Positions 1 to 10,837 of a stretch of 64,000 nucleotides of DNA are shown here, piece after piece. How positions within the stretch are numbered: the first letter of the stretch is position 1; every line of letters begins with the position of its first letter. Source of the stretch: Syntrophorhabdaceae bacterium (GTDB lineage Bacteria; Desulfobacterota; Syntrophorhabdia; Syntrophorhabdales; Syntrophorhabdaceae); the NCBI GenBank assembly GCA_963665295.1, contig OY762209.1:2432001-2496000 (forward strand). Direction: 5' to 3'. Below the pieces are notes generated by a model. The model was not told the origin of the DNA and made no database searches. It saw nothing but the letters and a program-made list of their open reading frames with translations. Both the position numbers and the translations under genes were made by a program.

Positions 1-558
1 GACAACCGTAAGGGCCGTAAGGAGGACGAGGATCGTATTCATCGCCTTGACCTTGACGCCCGTCGCCCTGGCGGATTCCTCGTCGAGTGCCACGGAAAGC
101 ATGTCGTGATAAAAGAAGACCAACATGCCGATGAGGATCACGGAGAGGGCGATGGAAGATATTACCTCGGCGCAGCTTATGGCGAGGATGTTCCCGAAGA
201 GGTAGCTGAAGAGATCGACGTTGAAGCCCCCTGCCACGCTCGCGAGGAGAATGCCCCCGGATATGCCGAGGGAAGATACGATGGCGATGGCGGCGTCTCC
301 GTACATGCGCGCCTTGTCGGTGAGTTTCATTATGCCCAGGGAACTGAGCATCACCAGAGGGGCCGCCACCCATACGGGATAGACCCTGAGGAGGAGGCCG
401 ACCGCAACGCTGCCGAATGTCACGTGGGCAAGGCCGTCGCCGATAAGAGAGAGCCTTCTCAGAACAAGAAACACCCCCAGGGTGGAGCACAAGACGGCGA
501 TGAAGGAGCCCGCGATGAGCGCCCTTTGAACGAACCCGTGAGAGAGGAAATCGAGCAT
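1..558 (-). CDS. znuB: Zn/Mn ABC transporter permease (partial, runs off window start)
   Basis: Reverse frame from ATG at 558 (MLDFLSHGFVQRALIAGSF...) is hydrophobic and has the ABC-3 permease motif LIGDGLAHVTFGSVA; overlaps the znuC stop. Confidence 0.85.
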   Translation of the reverse strand, partial: MLDFLSHGFVQRALIAGSFIAVLCSTLGVFLVLRRLSLIGDGLAHVTFGSVAVGLLLRVYPVWVAAPLVMLSSLGIMKLTDKARMYGDAAIAIVSSLGISGGILLASVAGGFNVDLFSYLFGNILAISCAEVISSIALSVILIGMLVFFYHDMLSVALDEESARATGVKVKAMNTILVLLTALTVV

Positions 559-1334
559 CAGCCCCTTGCCCCCAATACCCCGTCGTGCCTGTGGCATATG
601 AGGTGCTGTGAGAATTCCCCGAAATAGGATGTCATCCCGCTCGACATGCAGAAGGCCTCGAAGGTGCCGCAGAAGACTACCGTCTTGTCGAGATAGAGCA
701 ATTTGGAGGCGTGCTCCCCGATAGTGCCGAGGTCATGGGTAATGATGACCACTGTTACCATTTTCTGCCTGTTCAGGTCCCTCAGGGTGCCGAAGAACCT
801 TTCCCGGGTTTCGGGGTCGAGGGCCGCCGTCGGCTCGTCGAGGATCAGGAACTCCGGTTCCCCCACCAGGGCCTTTGCGAGGAAGGCCCTCTGCTGCTGT
901 CCCCCGGACAACTCCCCGATCAGTTTGTCCCGGATGCTTCCGATGTCCATAAGGTCCAGCGCCCTGTCAACACGCTCCCTGTCCGAACGGTTCATCCGTT
1001 TTGGGAAGGTCTTCGTCGAGAGGAGTCCCAGGCCTACCACCTCCCGCACGGTTGCGGGAAAACGGGGGTTGAAGGAGGCCATCCTCTGGGGTAAATATCC
1101 CACCCGGCGCCATTCCCTGAACCCGGACGGGTCCTGTCCGAAAAGGCGGACGGTCCCCTCGGACGGTTTAAGAAACCCGAGGACCAGTCTTATGAGGGTC
1201 GTCTTTCCCGAGCCGTTAGGCCCCACGAGCCCGAGGTAATCGCCCTTTTCAAGGACAAAGGAGGCGTCGGTGAGCACGTCCGCAGAGTTATACCGGAAAC
1301 CGGCTTTTTCCACCGAGATCACGTCTACCGGCAT
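558..1334 (-). CDS. znuC: Metal ABC transporter ATP-binding protein
   Basis: Walker A GPNGSGKT, signature LSGGQQQR, Walker B ILDEP, C-terminal HLICHRH. Confidence 0.92.
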   Translation of the reverse strand: MPVDVISVEKAGFRYNSADVLTDASFVLEKGDYLGLVGPNGSGKTTLIRLVLGFLKPSEGTVRLFGQDPSGFREWRRVGYLPQRMASFNPRFPATVREVVGLGLLSTKTFPKRMNRSDRERVDRALDLMDIGSIRDKLIGELSGGQQQRAFLAKALVGEPEFLILDEPTAALDPETRERFFGTLRDLNRQKMVTVVIITHDLGTIGEHASKLLYLDKTVVFCGTFEAFCMSSGMTSYFGEFSQHLICHRHDGVLGARG

Positions 1335-2293
1335 TCGAGCCCCTTTTGCAGCATGATAAGGTTCGTCTCCATAAGGGAAATGAAGGTGGCCCCTTTCTCC
1401 AGGTCGTCCTTGCTTATGTTGTGGGCCCCGTGGAGGGGCAAAAGGGTGGTCTTTGTTTCTCTCGCCACTACCTCCGCCACCCGGGGCGTGATCAATTCCT
1501 CGTAATATATGTATTTAACGTGGTTATCCATCACCAGTTTTTTCAACTCCAGTATCTTCCTCGGAGTCGGTTCGGCGTTGGGAGACCCCTCGTACGCAGA
1601 GACATAGGTGAGGTCATAACGCTTCGCCATGTAGTTGAAGGCGAAATGTCCTCCATGGACAAAAAGGCGGTGCGTGCAGTTCGCGAGGCCGCGCCTGAAC
1701 CGCTCATCGAGGTCCGTAAGCCTCGCGTCGTATCCGGCCGCGTTTTTCGCATAAAATTCCTTTTGGGCCGGGTCCTTCGTCACGAAACCGTCCCGAATAT
1801 TGTCCACCATCTTCCGGGCCCTCTCGAAATCGAGCCAGATATGGGGGTCCAGTTTCCCCCCCGCATGATGGTCCAGTTCGCCCTTATCATGGCCGTGTTC
1901 GTCGGGACCGACACGGGCGAGGAGCTTTATGCCCCGGCTCGCGTCGACTACGACGAGGCCCTTGTTATCCGTTGCCTTGAGCAGGTTTTCCACCCATGGC
2001 TCCATGTTGCTGCCTGTATAGATGAAAACATCCGCCGAATCGATCTGCCGGATATCTCCCGGCTTCGGCTCAAAACTATGGGGCTCCACGCCGGGAGGGA
2101 CGAGGAGTGTCACGTACGCGTGGTCTCCCCCCACATTCCGCGCAAAATCAAAGAGGGGGAAAAGGGTCGTCACGACCTTGAGTTTGCCCTTGCCCGGGTT
2201 CTCCGTTTTTTGTCCGCACGAAAAGAGGCAACCCATGCCGAATACCACAAGGAGGGCGAGGACAAAAGGCGAAATCCTTAAAGAAGCCCTCAT
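1325..2293 (-). CDS. znuA: Zinc ABC transporter substrate-binding lipoprotein
   Basis: Lipobox-like LFSC, EPHSFEP, His-rich loop, DPHIWLD motifs; ATG at 2293 overlaps the zur stop (ATGA). Confidence 0.92.
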   Translation of the reverse strand: MRASLRISPFVLALLVVFGMGCLFSCGQKTENPGKGKLKVVTTLFPLFDFARNVGGDHAYVTLLVPPGVEPHSFEPKPGDIRQIDSADVFIYTGSNMEPWVENLLKATDNKGLVVVDASRGIKLLARVGPDEHGHDKGELDHHAGGKLDPHIWLDFERARKMVDNIRDGFVTKDPAQKEFYAKNAAGYDARLTDLDERFRRGLANCTHRLFVHGGHFAFNYMAKRYDLTYVSAYEGSPNAEPTPRKILELKKLVMDNHVKYIYYEELITPRVAEVVARETKTTLLPLHGAHNISKDDLEKGATFISLMETNLIMLQKGLECR

Positions 2294-2715
2294 ATGCCGC
2301 ACCGCTCGCAGATGCCGAACACCTGCAGGAGGTGGGTGACCACGGACCCTTTTAGATTGCTTTTCACTTCCCGCTCAATCTCATCGAGGCCGCAGAAATT
2401 CAGGTCCAGGACCCTCCGGCAGGAGATGCAGACGAAATGGTGGTGGTGACTGCCTTCCAGGTTATGACAAAAATAATAATAGAGCTTACGGTCCGGGTGG
2501 ACGATCTTTATGATGATTCCCCCTTCGGAAAGCTCCTCAAGATTGCGGTACACGGTGGAAAGGCCGATCTTCCCGAACCGCTCCTTCATCTTCTGCCAGA
2601 CCTTTTCAGGGCTCACATACCCGGGCTCACCGGCCAGTATATCAAGGATGGCGAGCCTTTTAGGCGTAACCTTGAGGTGGAGGCTTCTGATTGATGAGGG
2701 AAAGTCCGCGGTCAA
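2290..2715 (-). CDS. zur: Fur-family zinc uptake regulator
   Basis: STVYRNL helix, HHHHFVCISC and CERC motifs; first gene of a znu operon; TTG start. Confidence 0.85.
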   Translation of the reverse strand: MTADFPSSIRSLHLKVTPKRLAILDILAGEPGYVSPEKVWQKMKERFGKIGLSTVYRNLEELSEGGIIIKIVHPDRKLYYYFCHNLEGSHHHHFVCISCRRVLDLNFCGLDEIEREVKSNLKGSVVTHLLQVFGICERCGI

Positions 2716-2730
2716 AATGTCTCCCGGAGC

Positions 2731-2782
2731 TAAACGAAAATAATTTCTATTAGAGTATATGTACTAATCCCCGTGGCGTCAA
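2731..2782 (-). promoter_or_regulatory. Sigma70 promoter (TTGACG-17 bp-TATACT) with overlapping imperfect palindrome, probable Zur box
   Basis: -35 at 2782-2777, -10 at 2759-2754; TAAACGAAAATAATTTCTATTA at 2731-2752 is a 16/22 inverted repeat over the predicted transcription start. Confidence 0.65.
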
Positions 2783-3388
2783 GGGGTAAGGAAGTGTGGG
2801 GTTGATTAATGTCGGCGGGAGGGAAGGGAATAAGGCCGGAAACTTAGTTCACTTACTCATCGGGATCCGTTGTTTGGCGGGGCAGGGAGAACCCCTCTTT
2901 CACCCCCGCGCGCCGACGCTCCAGGCAGAGAAAACTTGGCGTGAAAATCCCCGGCGAATGCCACCCCCCATCCCCCTAGAATTCGAGGGGGCTCTCTACC
3001 TCGCCAGGGATTTTCGCTGAGTTTTCTTGACTGCCCTCCGCAATGCACGCAGGGGTGAAAGAGGGATTCTCCCTCATGAGGGTTTTCGAAGGTGCGGCAT
3101 GAAGCGGGGAGATCAAGAAGCAACAGCTGGACGGGATCAGCCTCCGAGGCGGTCGAGAATTCTTAAACTAATCTTCGCGAGACTGACATACTGTTGGCAG
3201 TAGGGCTGTGGTAAATCAACGTAAAGCGACGACATGCAGTACGGTTCGGTCCACTTTATGATTGAAATACCCGACAGAGGGGAGCAGAATTGAAGAAGAA
3301 GGGAACAGGCAAGTCAAACGGTTCAAATGAACGGGTTTTCTCCGGCCGGACTTTACCGGAGCGAGACCAAAGCCAACCGCCGCCACAA

Positions 3389-5959
3389 ATGGATGATATG
3401 ACTTACTTTTGGGCAAAAACCACATCAGACGGTAAACCAGGGATTTCAGTTTACAATCATATGTTGAATGTCGGGTACGTTGCCCGTTGTATTGCCGAAA
3501 TGTCTCCGAAGGTTCTCGAGAGATTCGGTTTGAGATCGGTCGAGGTCGGTGCTTTGGCTGCCCTCCACGATCTGGGCAAGATTTCCCCCGGTTTCCAACG
3601 AAAATGCGAAGTCTGGCTGGAGGAAAACGGTTTGGTGAAGGTCGCTCGCAACGGATGTTGGGACACTGGTATGGAACCTGATCATGGCAAGACTTCACAT
3701 TCCGCAGTGCAGGATTTTCTCATGGGTCGAGGTATTGCAAGGAATATTGCCATGTATTTGGCGGCCGTTCTCGGTGCACATCATGGAAGGATCAAGTTCC
3801 ATCCCAACCCTCGTGGAATAAGGCCGCCGATCATCAGACAGATTGCTGATAGCAACAGCGGCATCGATTGGGACAATGAGCGTCTCAAATGCGCGGAACG
3901 ACTCTGGGTTGATTTTAACGCTCAAACCTCTCTCCTTTCTCCGAAGCATGAAGTGTCTGCCCTCTGGTGGCTTGCCGGACTTACGTCGGTAGCAGACTGG
4001 ATCGGCTCCGACGAACGGTTCTTTCCCGCGGATAAACGCCCGGTTAACCTCCCGGCTAATGCGCTTCAGGCCCTCAATGCTATCGGATTCGGACAAACGG
4101 AATTTGTTGAAAATCTTTCATTTCATGATTTGTTCCATGATGAAGCAAAGCCCGATGTCCGGTGGATACCCAATGAGATGCAGGAAGCAACTCTCGCCGC
4201 AGTTCGCCGCCCCGGAATTTATGTTATCGAAGCCCCAATGGGTATGGGCAAGACTGAGGCAGCGTTATGGGCGGCATATCGGATGCTCGTGTCCGGAAAA
4301 GCGACGGGGATCTATTTTGCCCTTCCCACTCAAGCCACCAGTAATCGGATGCACGTGCGAATGAACGCATTTGTGCGGCGCATATCCCGCACTTACAGCG
4401 CGAGTCGCCTGATTCATGGTAATTCTTGGCTCATGGACCAAAAAGTCACATTATTGCCCGTTGGTACAACGCTTGGTTCATCAGTTGAAGATGCTCGAGC
4501 CGGACAAGACTGGTTTTCTTCAGCAAAACGGTCGCTGCTTGCCCCTTTCGGAGTTGGAACGGTTGACCAAGCCCTGCTCGGTGTGGCGGCCGCCAAGCAC
4601 TTTTTTGTCCGTCATTTTGCGCTTGCCGGAAAAGTGGTGATAATAGATGAGGTGCATTCCTACGACGTCTACACGGGACGGCTTATAGACACGCTCATGG
4701 AGGCACTTGAAGGGCTGGGATGCACGATCATTGTTCTGTCGGCAACACTTACGGGGAAACGGCGCAGACAGATCATCGCCTGCTCCGGCGACATGGCGGA
4801 TGACCCAGAGCAGCCGTATCCCCTCCTTACCGGCCAAGCAGAAGGAGAAACTCTCAAACCGGTTGCCTCGACGCCGCCTGATCCGCGTGTTATCAAAGTA
4901 GACTTCCTGTCAGAGGCGAAGGCAACCGAAGAGGCTATCAGGCTGGGCCAAAACGGAGGAGCAGTAATCTGGATTTGTAATACGGTTGAGGCGGCACAAA
5001 GGCAATACGAACGGCTAACGCAAATTGTCAGGAAAGAGTTCCCTGTAGGCCTTTTGCACGCGCGCTTTCCGTTTTGGCGGCGCGAAGAACTTGAGACGGA
5101 ATGGATGGGAAGGTTCGGCAAGGATGGGGCAACCCGATGCGGTTCGATTCTTGTGTCTACTCAAATAGTCGAACAGAGCGTTGACCTCGATGCGGACCTC
5201 TTGATTACGGAGTTGGCACCTACCGACATGTTGCTGCAGCGTCTCGGTCGCCTCTGGAGACACAACCGGCCGAATCGGCCGGTTGACAGTCCGCGTATCT
5301 GTATCGTCGATGAAGAGGCAGACCTTGAAGAACTACGGGTGATGGAGCCGAACACTATCGTCACGGCGCTCGGCAAGAAAGCAAAGGTATATGCGCCGTT
5401 CATCCTTCTTCGGTCGCTTGAGGTTTGGAAAGATTTGCCGCAGGAAGTGACGATCCCTTTACAGATTCGAAAATTGATCGAATCGACCTATGAGGATCGG
5501 GAAAATGAGCCGGACTCATGGTTGAAGCTTCGCAGTGAGTGGTTTGGAACTGATTCAGCAAAAAAAATGTTTGCGTTGCGAAATACCAACATCTGGCAGT
5601 TGGCGTTGGAAGATCAGGAAGGCATGCAGACCAGAACTAATGAGATGCCGACGGTTCCCATGGTGCTTTGCCGGAGCATGAGTAAGCAGGAAGCGTCGTT
5701 TATCGACGGTACATCAGAGAATTTGGGCGAAGATAAGTTCCGGCTCTCATTGGCACAGGCAATTCACAGGAATCTGGTGAGAATACCGGAATATTGCTTC
5801 GACCATGTTGAATTACACCTCCCGTTTGCCGACTATCTGCATGGCCCGCAGTGTGCCGGTATCGTTTCCGAGAATGGAGGTGTGAAAACGAATGGCCTGC
5901 AAAAAGGGGTTAGCCTCCACTATTCCGACGTGTTGGGCCTTGTTATTGATGAAATATAG
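3389..5959 (+). CDS. cas3: Type I-E Cas3 HD nuclease/helicase
   Basis: WAKT N-terminus, HDLGK, HHG, ADWIGS, APMGMGKT, DEVH, SAT, QRLGRLWRH. Start uncertain (TTG 3290, ATG 3389 or ATG 3398). Confidence 0.95.
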   Translation: MDDMTYFWAKTTSDGKPGISVYNHMLNVGYVARCIAEMSPKVLERFGLRSVEVGALAALHDLGKISPGFQRKCEVWLEENGLVKVARNGCWDTGMEPDHGKTSHSAVQDFLMGRGIARNIAMYLAAVLGAHHGRIKFHPNPRGIRPPIIRQIADSNSGIDWDNERLKCAERLWVDFNAQTSLLSPKHEVSALWWLAGLTSVADWIGSDERFFPADKRPVNLPANALQALNAIGFGQTEFVENLSFHDLFHDEAKPDVRWIPNEMQEATLAAVRRPGIYVIEAPMGMGKTEAALWAAYRMLVSGKATGIYFALPTQATSNRMHVRMNAFVRRISRTYSASRLIHGNSWLMDQKVTLLPVGTTLGSSVEDARAGQDWFSSAKRSLLAPFGVGTVDQALLGVAAAKHFFVRHFALAGKVVIIDEVHSYDVYTGRLIDTLMEALEGLGCTIIVLSATLTGKRRRQIIACSGDMADDPEQPYPLLTGQAEGETLKPVASTPPDPRVIKVDFLSEAKATEEAIRLGQNGGAVIWICNTVEAAQRQYERLTQIVRKEFPVGLLHARFPFWRREELETEWMGRFGKDGATRCGSILVSTQIVEQSVDLDADLLITELAPTDMLLQRLGRLWRHNRPNRPVDSPRICIVDEEADLEELRVMEPNTIVTALGKKAKVYAPFILLRSLEVWKDLPQEVTIPLQIRKLIESTYEDRENEPDSWLKLRSEWFGTDSAKKMFALRNTNIWQLALEDQEGMQTRTNEMPTVPMVLCRSMSKQEASFIDGTSENLGEDKFRLSLAQAIHRNLVRIPEYCFDHVELHLPFADYLHGPQCAGIVSENGGVKTNGLQKGVSLHYSDVLGLVIDEI

Positions 5960-5973
5960 GTGAAGGAGGGGAT

Positions 5974-7614
5974 ATGAATGTTGCCTTTGATGCATGGATA
6001 CCGGTTGTAATCACCGGAGGCAAACCGCACTTGGCAAGCCTTTGCAGTGTGTTCACCGAGGGAGATCAATACGCCGACCTCGCGGTGCGCCCCCACGAAA
6101 GAGTCGCCTTAATGCGACTCTTTCTCTGTGTCGCTCATGCCGCGCTCGAGGGGCCTAAGAATGACGAAGGATGGTGCGATGTCCCAAAAAGACTACCTGG
6201 AGCGGCGAGAGATTATCTTAAAACGTGGGAAGATTCTTTCGAGCTTTTCCATAAGACCAAGCCATGGTTGCAGGTGGCTGAATTAAAGGGGGTCGAAACG
6301 AGCGGTCCTGATTCCAGAAAGACCTCGCCGGTCGCACTTCTTGATTTTGAATTGGCAACAGGAAACAACTCGACTCTTTACGACCACGAAGGTTCCTTGA
6401 TCTCTCGTCACGTTGATCTCGAACGAGTCGCCCTGAATTTGCTGACGTTTCAGAACTTTTCCTCCGGGGGCGGTTCACCTGTTGCGCAGTGGAAAATGGT
6501 CGGCACCTCTCAGATAGGCAATCCGGACGCCCCTTGTCTGTCTCAATCCATGGCGCACTGTCTGTTACGCGGAAGATCGTTGGGAGACACTATATGGTTT
6601 AATCTGCCTTCATTCGAGACAATTAAGAGAACATACAGAATGCATTCGTCCGATAAGAAGAAGGGTGATACCTTTGCCGACGTCGCGCTAGGCAGGCCTG
6701 TATGGGAGTCTTTCCCTCAATGGCCCGAAAGCGAGTCGGACGACGCCATCAATGCCACAAGGACTTACCTTGGCCGGCTGGTGCCAATATCTCGATGGAT
6801 TCGTCTTATTCACGGTACGGATCAAATGTATTGCTGTAACGGGTTCAAATACATCACATTCAAAGGCGGGTTTGCTCCGGAGCCTACCTCGGCAAGCCGG
6901 TTGATTACGAAAAAGGATAAGAAAGGAATTGCGACCCAAGAGAGGAGGATTGTAAAGGTGGACCCGTCCAAGGCTTTGTGGCGGGAGTTGTCCTCCCTGC
7001 TCATAAAACGTTCCGCAGATGGAATGGGTGGACCGTTGGCGATGAACAACGCTCCATATGACACAGAGTTCGATTTCCAGGTGTGTGCAATCACACGAGA
7101 CCAAGCCTCTATGGATATTGCCTTGGAGTCCGTATTCAATATTACCCCGGCACTTCAGCGAAATTTATCTTCTTATCAGGCCGAGGTGGCCGGAGGTGAG
7201 AAAGTCATCGGGGCAGAAGGTTACGCTCGAAAACTCAGATGGGCGATAGAGGATTATCGCTCAGCAATTGACAGCGATTGGCAACCTCGTGTCAAGAGAA
7301 CCCAGCCGAAAGAGCGCGAGGCTTTGCGAGACAGGCTAGCGTCAACAGCCCTTATGTCGTATTGGACCACTGTAGAAAGGAATCTTCCGCTCCTTATGGC
7401 GCACATCGAAGCCATCGGCACCGATGCTGCCGTTCCCACCCGCGAAGCATGGCGAAAAACGCTCTTTCGCGCTGCCCATGACGCATATAGAATAGCCTGC
7501 GGACAGGAAACACCACGACAGATGAAAGCGTTTGTTAGAGGGCTACAAAAACTGCAAAAAGTAAAGGACGATACTAAACCAAATACCAACGGAGAAGAGG
7601 AGGAGAAAGAATGA
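5974..7614 (+). CDS. cas8e: Type I-E Cascade large subunit Cas8e (CasA/Cse1)
   Basis: AWIPV N-terminus, FELFH..PWLQ, ATGNNSTLYDH motif; operon position. Confidence 0.9.
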   Translation: MNVAFDAWIPVVITGGKPHLASLCSVFTEGDQYADLAVRPHERVALMRLFLCVAHAALEGPKNDEGWCDVPKRLPGAARDYLKTWEDSFELFHKTKPWLQVAELKGVETSGPDSRKTSPVALLDFELATGNNSTLYDHEGSLISRHVDLERVALNLLTFQNFSSGGGSPVAQWKMVGTSQIGNPDAPCLSQSMAHCLLRGRSLGDTIWFNLPSFETIKRTYRMHSSDKKKGDTFADVALGRPVWESFPQWPESESDDAINATRTYLGRLVPISRWIRLIHGTDQMYCCNGFKYITFKGGFAPEPTSASRLITKKDKKGIATQERRIVKVDPSKALWRELSSLLIKRSADGMGGPLAMNNAPYDTEFDFQVCAITRDQASMDIALESVFNITPALQRNLSSYQAEVAGGEKVIGAEGYARKLRWAIEDYRSAIDSDWQPRVKRTQPKEREALRDRLASTALMSYWTTVERNLPLLMAHIEAIGTDAAVPTREAWRKTLFRAAHDAYRIACGQETPRQMKAFVRGLQKLQKVKDDTKPNTNGEEEEKE

Positions 7615-8108
7615 GCCGACTTCTTGAAGAACTGCGCAAGTGCAAGGCGCAAGATGATCGGGGGATGATGGCTGATCTTCGATGTATACTTGTTGATAGT
7701 AAGAAACACCGCGCCTGGCCCGCATTAAACCGCCTGGGGGTGCCGATCAACGAAGAGGTCTCGTCGTTTATTGCCGGACTTTACGCTACCCATCCCGATG
7801 AAACGTCCAGCGGAAATTTCGGCACAACCTGTAGGGTGATTAAACAGAGGCGGGATGACAGTGGACGTGACGACAGCAAACTAACCCCAACTGAACGGCG
7901 ATTCCAGCACTTGCTGGCTGCTGAACGTGGCGGAGAACTGCACGCGCGAATTCTAAGGATGGTCCTGATCGCAAAAGCAGAGGGTGTTCCGGTTAACTAT
8001 GCCCGGCTGGAGACCGACCTCAGAAGAAATGATGATTGGAGAAAAACAGAATGGGCGACCTCTTTCTGGATGCAAGACAAAACGCCTGGGCCTGAGGGGG
8101 CTCTATGA
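7611..8108 (+). CDS. cas11: Type I-E Cascade small subunit Cas11 (CasB/Cse2)
   Basis: ADLR, GNFG, ERRFQHLL, VNYARL, WATSFW motifs. Confidence 0.9.
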   Translation: MSRLLEELRKCKAQDDRGMMADLRCILVDSKKHRAWPALNRLGVPINEEVSSFIAGLYATHPDETSSGNFGTTCRVIKQRRDDSGRDDSKLTPTERRFQHLLAAERGGELHARILRMVLIAKAEGVPVNYARLETDLRRNDDWRKTEWATSFWMQDKTPGPEGAL

Positions 8109-8824
8109 GTTGGCTCGCACGTTTGGAAGTTGATGCAAAGACAATTCGCAATCAAGGTATTTCGGATGACGTTTACACATGGCACAAGATGTTGTGGGAC
8201 TGTTACCCGAATTCACCGGACGCCGAGCGCGATTTCCTGACACGGATTGACCACCTTGAAGGAGCATACCGATTTTGGGTTATGGCCAAACGCAAGCCGG
8301 CTTGTCCCAAATGGTGCCCGGCTGATGGTTTTTCTCTCAATGAGATCAGGTCATCCTTCCTCAGTTATCGCTACTATGCCTTTGACGTGCGTGTCAATCC
8401 CACGAAATGCATAGCCCAAAAGGGTCCCGGCGGAGAAATCCTTTTTCAAAGGGACTCAAACGGAGAAATCCTACGCAATGCTGATGGAAGGCCAAAACGG
8501 AAACACGGAAAACGCGTGCCCTTGATGAAACCAGATGATTTGCGCGCATGGCTGATTCGCAAGGGGAGAGTACGCTGCACGAAAGATGGTAACGACACGC
8601 CGGGAGGATTCAGGGTCCTGGATGAAAAGCCGCTCGAAATCAGTCCCATGGTCGAGAATCATTTCCGCAAGAAAGGGCATACGGGTTATCACGGAGGAGT
8701 TCAGTTTCGCGGGGTTTTGGAAGTTACCGACCGCGAAAAGTTTGTTGAAACCTACGAATGCGGTCTGGGCAGCGCCAAAAGCTTCGGCTTTGGCCTGTTG
8801 CTTCTTGCACCGGTAAGCATATAA
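8105..8824 (+). CDS. cas6e: Cas6e crRNA endoribonuclease
   Basis: YTWHKMLW N-terminal His, RVNPT, Gly-rich GLGSAKSFGFGLL. Confidence 0.93.
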   Translation: MSWLARLEVDAKTIRNQGISDDVYTWHKMLWDCYPNSPDAERDFLTRIDHLEGAYRFWVMAKRKPACPKWCPADGFSLNEIRSSFLSYRYYAFDVRVNPTKCIAQKGPGGEILFQRDSNGEILRNADGRPKRKHGKRVPLMKPDDLRAWLIRKGRVRCTKDGNDTPGGFRVLDEKPLEISPMVENHFRKKGHTGYHGGVQFRGVLEVTDREKFVETYECGLGSAKSFGFGLLLLAPVSI

Positions 8825-8845
8825 AAGACGATAAGGAGAATTCAC

Positions 8846-10120
8846 ATGAAACATATGGAATTGCACATCATTCAGTCCGTTCCTGTAGCCTGTCTTAATC
8901 GTGACGATCTCAACTCGCCCAAAACGGCAGTTTTCGGGGGCGTTCAGCGGGCGCGCGTTTCCAGCCAATCCTGGAAGCGGGCTATTCGGGAGACGGCGGA
9001 AAAGGAAGTCGATGCCTCTGGTCAATTTCGGGGGAAGCGTAGCCGCCTGTTTATTGAGAAAATCTCTTCGGCGCTCCAGGCTTTGGGGGAGGGTGAAATC
9101 ACCGCTCGTGCCCTGGCTATTTGCGTCGGCCATTATCTCGCAAAACTCGATCCGAAACAGGAGGGAAAAGTAAAGACTCTCGTGTTTCTTTCACCGCTGG
9201 AATATCAAATACTTGCAAAGGCCCTTTTTGTTTTGGATGACGACGCAAAAAAGACTTTGGTATCGGCTGTCGGCTCTGTGGACATATCAAAATTGGCAAC
9301 CGATGATGACAATAAAGAAGAAGGCGAGGACGATAAAGCCGAGAAACCAAAAAAAGGTGAGAACAAACTGTCTGCCAAAAAGTTCACTCAGTTGGTAGCC
9401 AGAATCATGAAATCTCCGATAGAAAAGGCATTCAGGGGAGAAAAGAAAGAACTGAAAAGCCTTCCTAAAGATGCCGCCGACATTGCCCTTTTTGGCCGCA
9501 TGGTCGCCAACGATCATTCTTTGACGGTCGAAGCCGCTTCTATGTTTTCGCATGCGCTGTCAACGCACAAGGCAGATAATGAAATCGACTTCTTTGCCGC
9601 CGTGGATGACTTGCAGCCAAAAGATGAATCGGGAGCAGGTATGACCAGCACGTTAGAGTTCAATTCCGCCACATACTATCGTTTTGCCGCCCTCAATCTC
9701 GACATGCTTGCCGATGCAGATCACCTCAAGGATTTGACTTGGAAAGAGCGGCAAGAGGTGGTGCGCACCTTCGTGGAAGCAACCATAAAGGCGGTTCCCG
9801 GAGCTCGTATGAACACCATGAACAGCAATACGCTCCCTGCCTATGTGCTCGGCGTGGTGCGAGAAAAGGGCCATCCGATCCAATTGGTCAATGCCTTCGA
9901 AGCCGCAGTGCGCCCTTCGGTGAGAGGCTTCGTTGTTGACTCCGTAAACAGGATGAATATCGAGTATTCAGATCTTAAGGATACGTGGGGCATTGACTCC
10001 GTCTTTGCAAAGGCGGTCGCAAAGGGAAACCTGAAAAACGCCATTAAAGATGATCTTGGCGCCATCGAAACTTGTTCGCTGGACGATCTCATTAACGGGA
10101 TGGTGGCTCATGTCATCTGA
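8846..10120 (+). CDS. cas7: Cas7 backbone subunit (CasC)
   Basis: CLNRDD..SPKTA, RARVSSQSWKRAIR, ADIALFGRM, DFFAAVDD. Confidence 0.95.
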   Translation: MKHMELHIIQSVPVACLNRDDLNSPKTAVFGGVQRARVSSQSWKRAIRETAEKEVDASGQFRGKRSRLFIEKISSALQALGEGEITARALAICVGHYLAKLDPKQEGKVKTLVFLSPLEYQILAKALFVLDDDAKKTLVSAVGSVDISKLATDDDNKEEGEDDKAEKPKKGENKLSAKKFTQLVARIMKSPIEKAFRGEKKELKSLPKDAADIALFGRMVANDHSLTVEAASMFSHALSTHKADNEIDFFAAVDDLQPKDESGAGMTSTLEFNSATYYRFAALNLDMLADADHLKDLTWKERQEVVRTFVEATIKAVPGARMNTMNSNTLPAYVLGVVREKGHPIQLVNAFEAAVRPSVRGFVVDSVNRMNIEYSDLKDTWGIDSVFAKAVAKGNLKNAIKDDLGAIETCSLDDLINGMVAHVI

Positions 10121-10805
10121 CAAGTCTTTCCTGGCTCTTCGCTTGCAGGGTCCCCTTCAATCGTGGGGGTTTGACGGCCAGTACAGCCGCCGCAATACCG
10201 GTCTGATACCCACCAAAAGCGCCATCGGCGGGATGTGCTGCGCGGCGCTCGGTTGGTCGCGGGGCAGCAGAGAAGAGGAGAACTTTCTCGCATTATTCGG
10301 GGATATACGGATGACCGCCATCGTCATTCCAAGAATCAGGTCCGGGAGACAGATGCCGGTTCGTCGGCTGCAAGACTATCATACAGTACAGAATACTAGA
10401 ACCGCGGACGGCAAAACCAAAGATTGCCACATTACTCGTCGGCAATATCTCACAGACGCATGTTTCGGGATTCTTCTTGACGGCGACACAAGTCTGCTAA
10501 GCCGGATAGCCGCAGCTCTTGCCGACCCAATTTGGGGGATATGGCTTGGCCGCAAGGCATGCATCCCGTCGGCCCCGGTCCTTGCGGGATTGCGGAACAA
10601 TCGGGACGATGCGCTATGTCTCCTCATCGGCGATACGCCTGTCGAATCGTTTACACGGCAGGAAGAGGTCGAAGACTTCGCGGAGGGTCACGATTCCCTC
10701 CCGGATGCACCAGTTTCGTTTGCCGTGGGAAAAAGGTTGTTCTCGCCAAGAAGAGTGCGAACACTGCAAGGAGCAGCACGGCCACAGTATGACGGGAATC
10801 AGTAA
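10110..10805 (+). CDS. cas5: Cas5e (CasD)
   Basis: LQGPLQSWG, PTKSAIGG, DYHTV, RQYLTDA, LGRKAC.PS; ATG at 10110 overlaps the cas7 end. Confidence 0.93.
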   Translation: MSSDKSFLALRLQGPLQSWGFDGQYSRRNTGLIPTKSAIGGMCCAALGWSRGSREEENFLALFGDIRMTAIVIPRIRSGRQMPVRRLQDYHTVQNTRTADGKTKDCHITRRQYLTDACFGILLDGDTSLLSRIAAALADPIWGIWLGRKACIPSAPVLAGLRNNRDDALCLLIGDTPVESFTRQEEVEDFAEGHDSLPDAPVSFAVGKRLFSPRRVRTLQGAARPQYDGNQ

Positions 10806-10837
10806 GATGAAGAGTAACGGCTTCGAAGGGTGGTAGA

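Noticed and set aside
2796..3290. Short ORFs between zur and cas3
   Set aside because: No recognisable motifs; probably decayed or non-coding.
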